DNA of 62,823 nucleotides, counting the filler, from Collodictyon triciliatum (taxonomy: Eukaryota): the NCBI GenBank assembly GCA_043381765.1. It is 5 parts of 5 records of this genome, joined end to end, with 100 filler letters (N's around TTAATTAATTAA, not from the genome) between each part and the next. Parts side by side here need not be neighbours in the genome. Positions count along the whole stretch, not along the records: positions 56,875 to 62,823 come from JBHJMP010001668.1; 4 more parts are not named here. One strand, written 5' to 3'. Position numbers and translations under genes: made by a program. This document shows, one piece after another, positions 61,795-62,823 of this stretch. Position 1 is the stretch's first letter; each line of letters opens with the position of its first letter. The notes under the pieces are model-generated. The model did not search any database. It was given only the letters and a program-made list of their open reading frames with translations, and was not told the DNA's origin.

Positions 61795-62396
61795 TTTGCA
61801 TCTCCCATTCTTGAAAAGGTTGATGCTTTGGCAGCCCATATCGACGAACTGGTCTTTTTGGACTCAATGGTGAAGCTTGTGTAGCACTATTCTCATCGTT
61901 CATCCAATCTCAATAATAATATTTTTTTAAAGCCAGCGTGTTGAGTCTTTTTTTTTCTTCTTTACCATAACACTCGTCTATTTTATCCACTACAGATTCC
62001 TCGAGTTGTCATAACAATAGATACCGTATCAAATGCCAAAGAAATCATCATCAAATCATCCGAGCCAACCCATATGTTCGCCTCATATGTGCGTCAACTT
62101 AAAAAAAACCCCGATTTTGTGTCGATTGACAAATACCCACTTTCTGGAAAAACTACCCACCCGACAGAGTCTTTTCCATCACTTAAAATCCTTTTGTATA
62201 AATGAAAATTCATTCTTTTTTAAAATTTTTTTATCTTAAATCTATCTATAACCAGAACCGATTCGGTGCGCAGGTGTGGGTGGAAGGAGAAACTGAGGCA
62301 GTTGAAATAGCATTCAGCGCAAAGGACTCATGCTTGAATCCTTCGACTCGAGTGCGCTCTTTGGTCAGTGGGTTCAAACGAATCACCAACGAATAA
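57090..62396 (+). CDS. Aspartokinase + ACT domains fused to a degenerate homoserine dehydrogenase (ThrA/plant AK-HSDH type), about 19 exons
   Basis: HKFGGTSV, VVSAMSGVTD, GYGELWSA, TTLKRNGSDFS, WTDVDGVFSADPRKV, ELAFFGAKVLHP, ACT motifs GMIGVPG..ISQASSEHSIC and IVGDGM..IAQGLSERNIS, then a diverged HSDH-length C-terminal region. Junctions at about 60490-60790 are ambiguous. Confidence 0.92.
61699..61794. repeat. (TTA)n intronic microsatellite
   Basis: Directly visible. Confidence 0.95.
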
Positions 62397-62823
62397 AAGA
62401 GCAGATACGGAGAGGAGCACACACACAACCAAATCTCAAAAAAAAAAATTAATCATCTAATTGGACTGGTATATATGATAACTTCGAGGGCTAAATAATA
62501 AGAATAATAACAATAATACAAATAATAATAATAATAATAATAGAAATATATGTATATTATGAGTCATGTGCACTTGGTGTGGAAATCCTGAGTTCTGACG
62601 ATTTTAGAAGCCTACTCTCGGTGTGTTAAAAGTTGTATTAACCAGGAGGTGGTTACCCTTATTTTCAGCGTCTATATGTCATCTTCTAATTGGTTGCTAG
62701 GAGCAGCACAGCGGTGACAATCCCTTGCGTCACGCCTATCTCAGTTTTTTTTTTTTTTTTTTTTTTTTTTCCCCGAGGAAAAGGCACCGGGAAAAAAAAG
62801 AAGGGGGGAGCAAAAACCTTCCC

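Noticed and set aside
62570..62823. Possible ncRNA or adaptor sequence near the window end
   Set aside because: No snRNA, tRNA or adaptor match that I can recognise. The sequence after the poly(T) looks like a low-quality read tail.

Overview
This is eukaryotic, intron-dense protist DNA in the standard genetic code. The window is five pieces (16040, 16033, 16026, 8375 and 5949 bp) joined by artificial N44-TTAATTAATTAA-N44 linkers, so gene order across linkers means nothing. Manual splicing gives 16 protein genes and one tRNA-Trp(CCA). The genes are CFAP57, a plant-type PEX22, DNAAF2/Kintoun, two hypotheticals (one a large cytoskeletal repeat protein), a nearly intronless bacterial-like class-V PLP enzyme, an epoxide-hydrolase-like protein, XPG/Rad2, a GC-rich TKL kinase, a damaged ERG8-type phosphomevalonate kinase, a Tim21-like mitochondrial protein, a degenerate inositol 5-phosphatase, lipoate ligase, a Varp-like VPS9 GEF, a DENND4-like C-terminus and aspartokinase fused to a degenerate homoserine dehydrogenase. 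Together they imply a flagellated protist with mitochondria and peroxisomes. The most unusual signals are (1) a relaxed splice code with clustered GC-AG introns and purine-rich AAG acceptors, (2) 13 symmetric T(n)A(n) palindromes, 12 of them intronic, (3) three apparent pseudoenzymes, (4) a probable horizontally acquired PLP enzyme, and (5) GC/CpG peaks centred on gene boundaries. All gene models and family assignments were made by eye from recalled motifs, with no RNA data or database searches.
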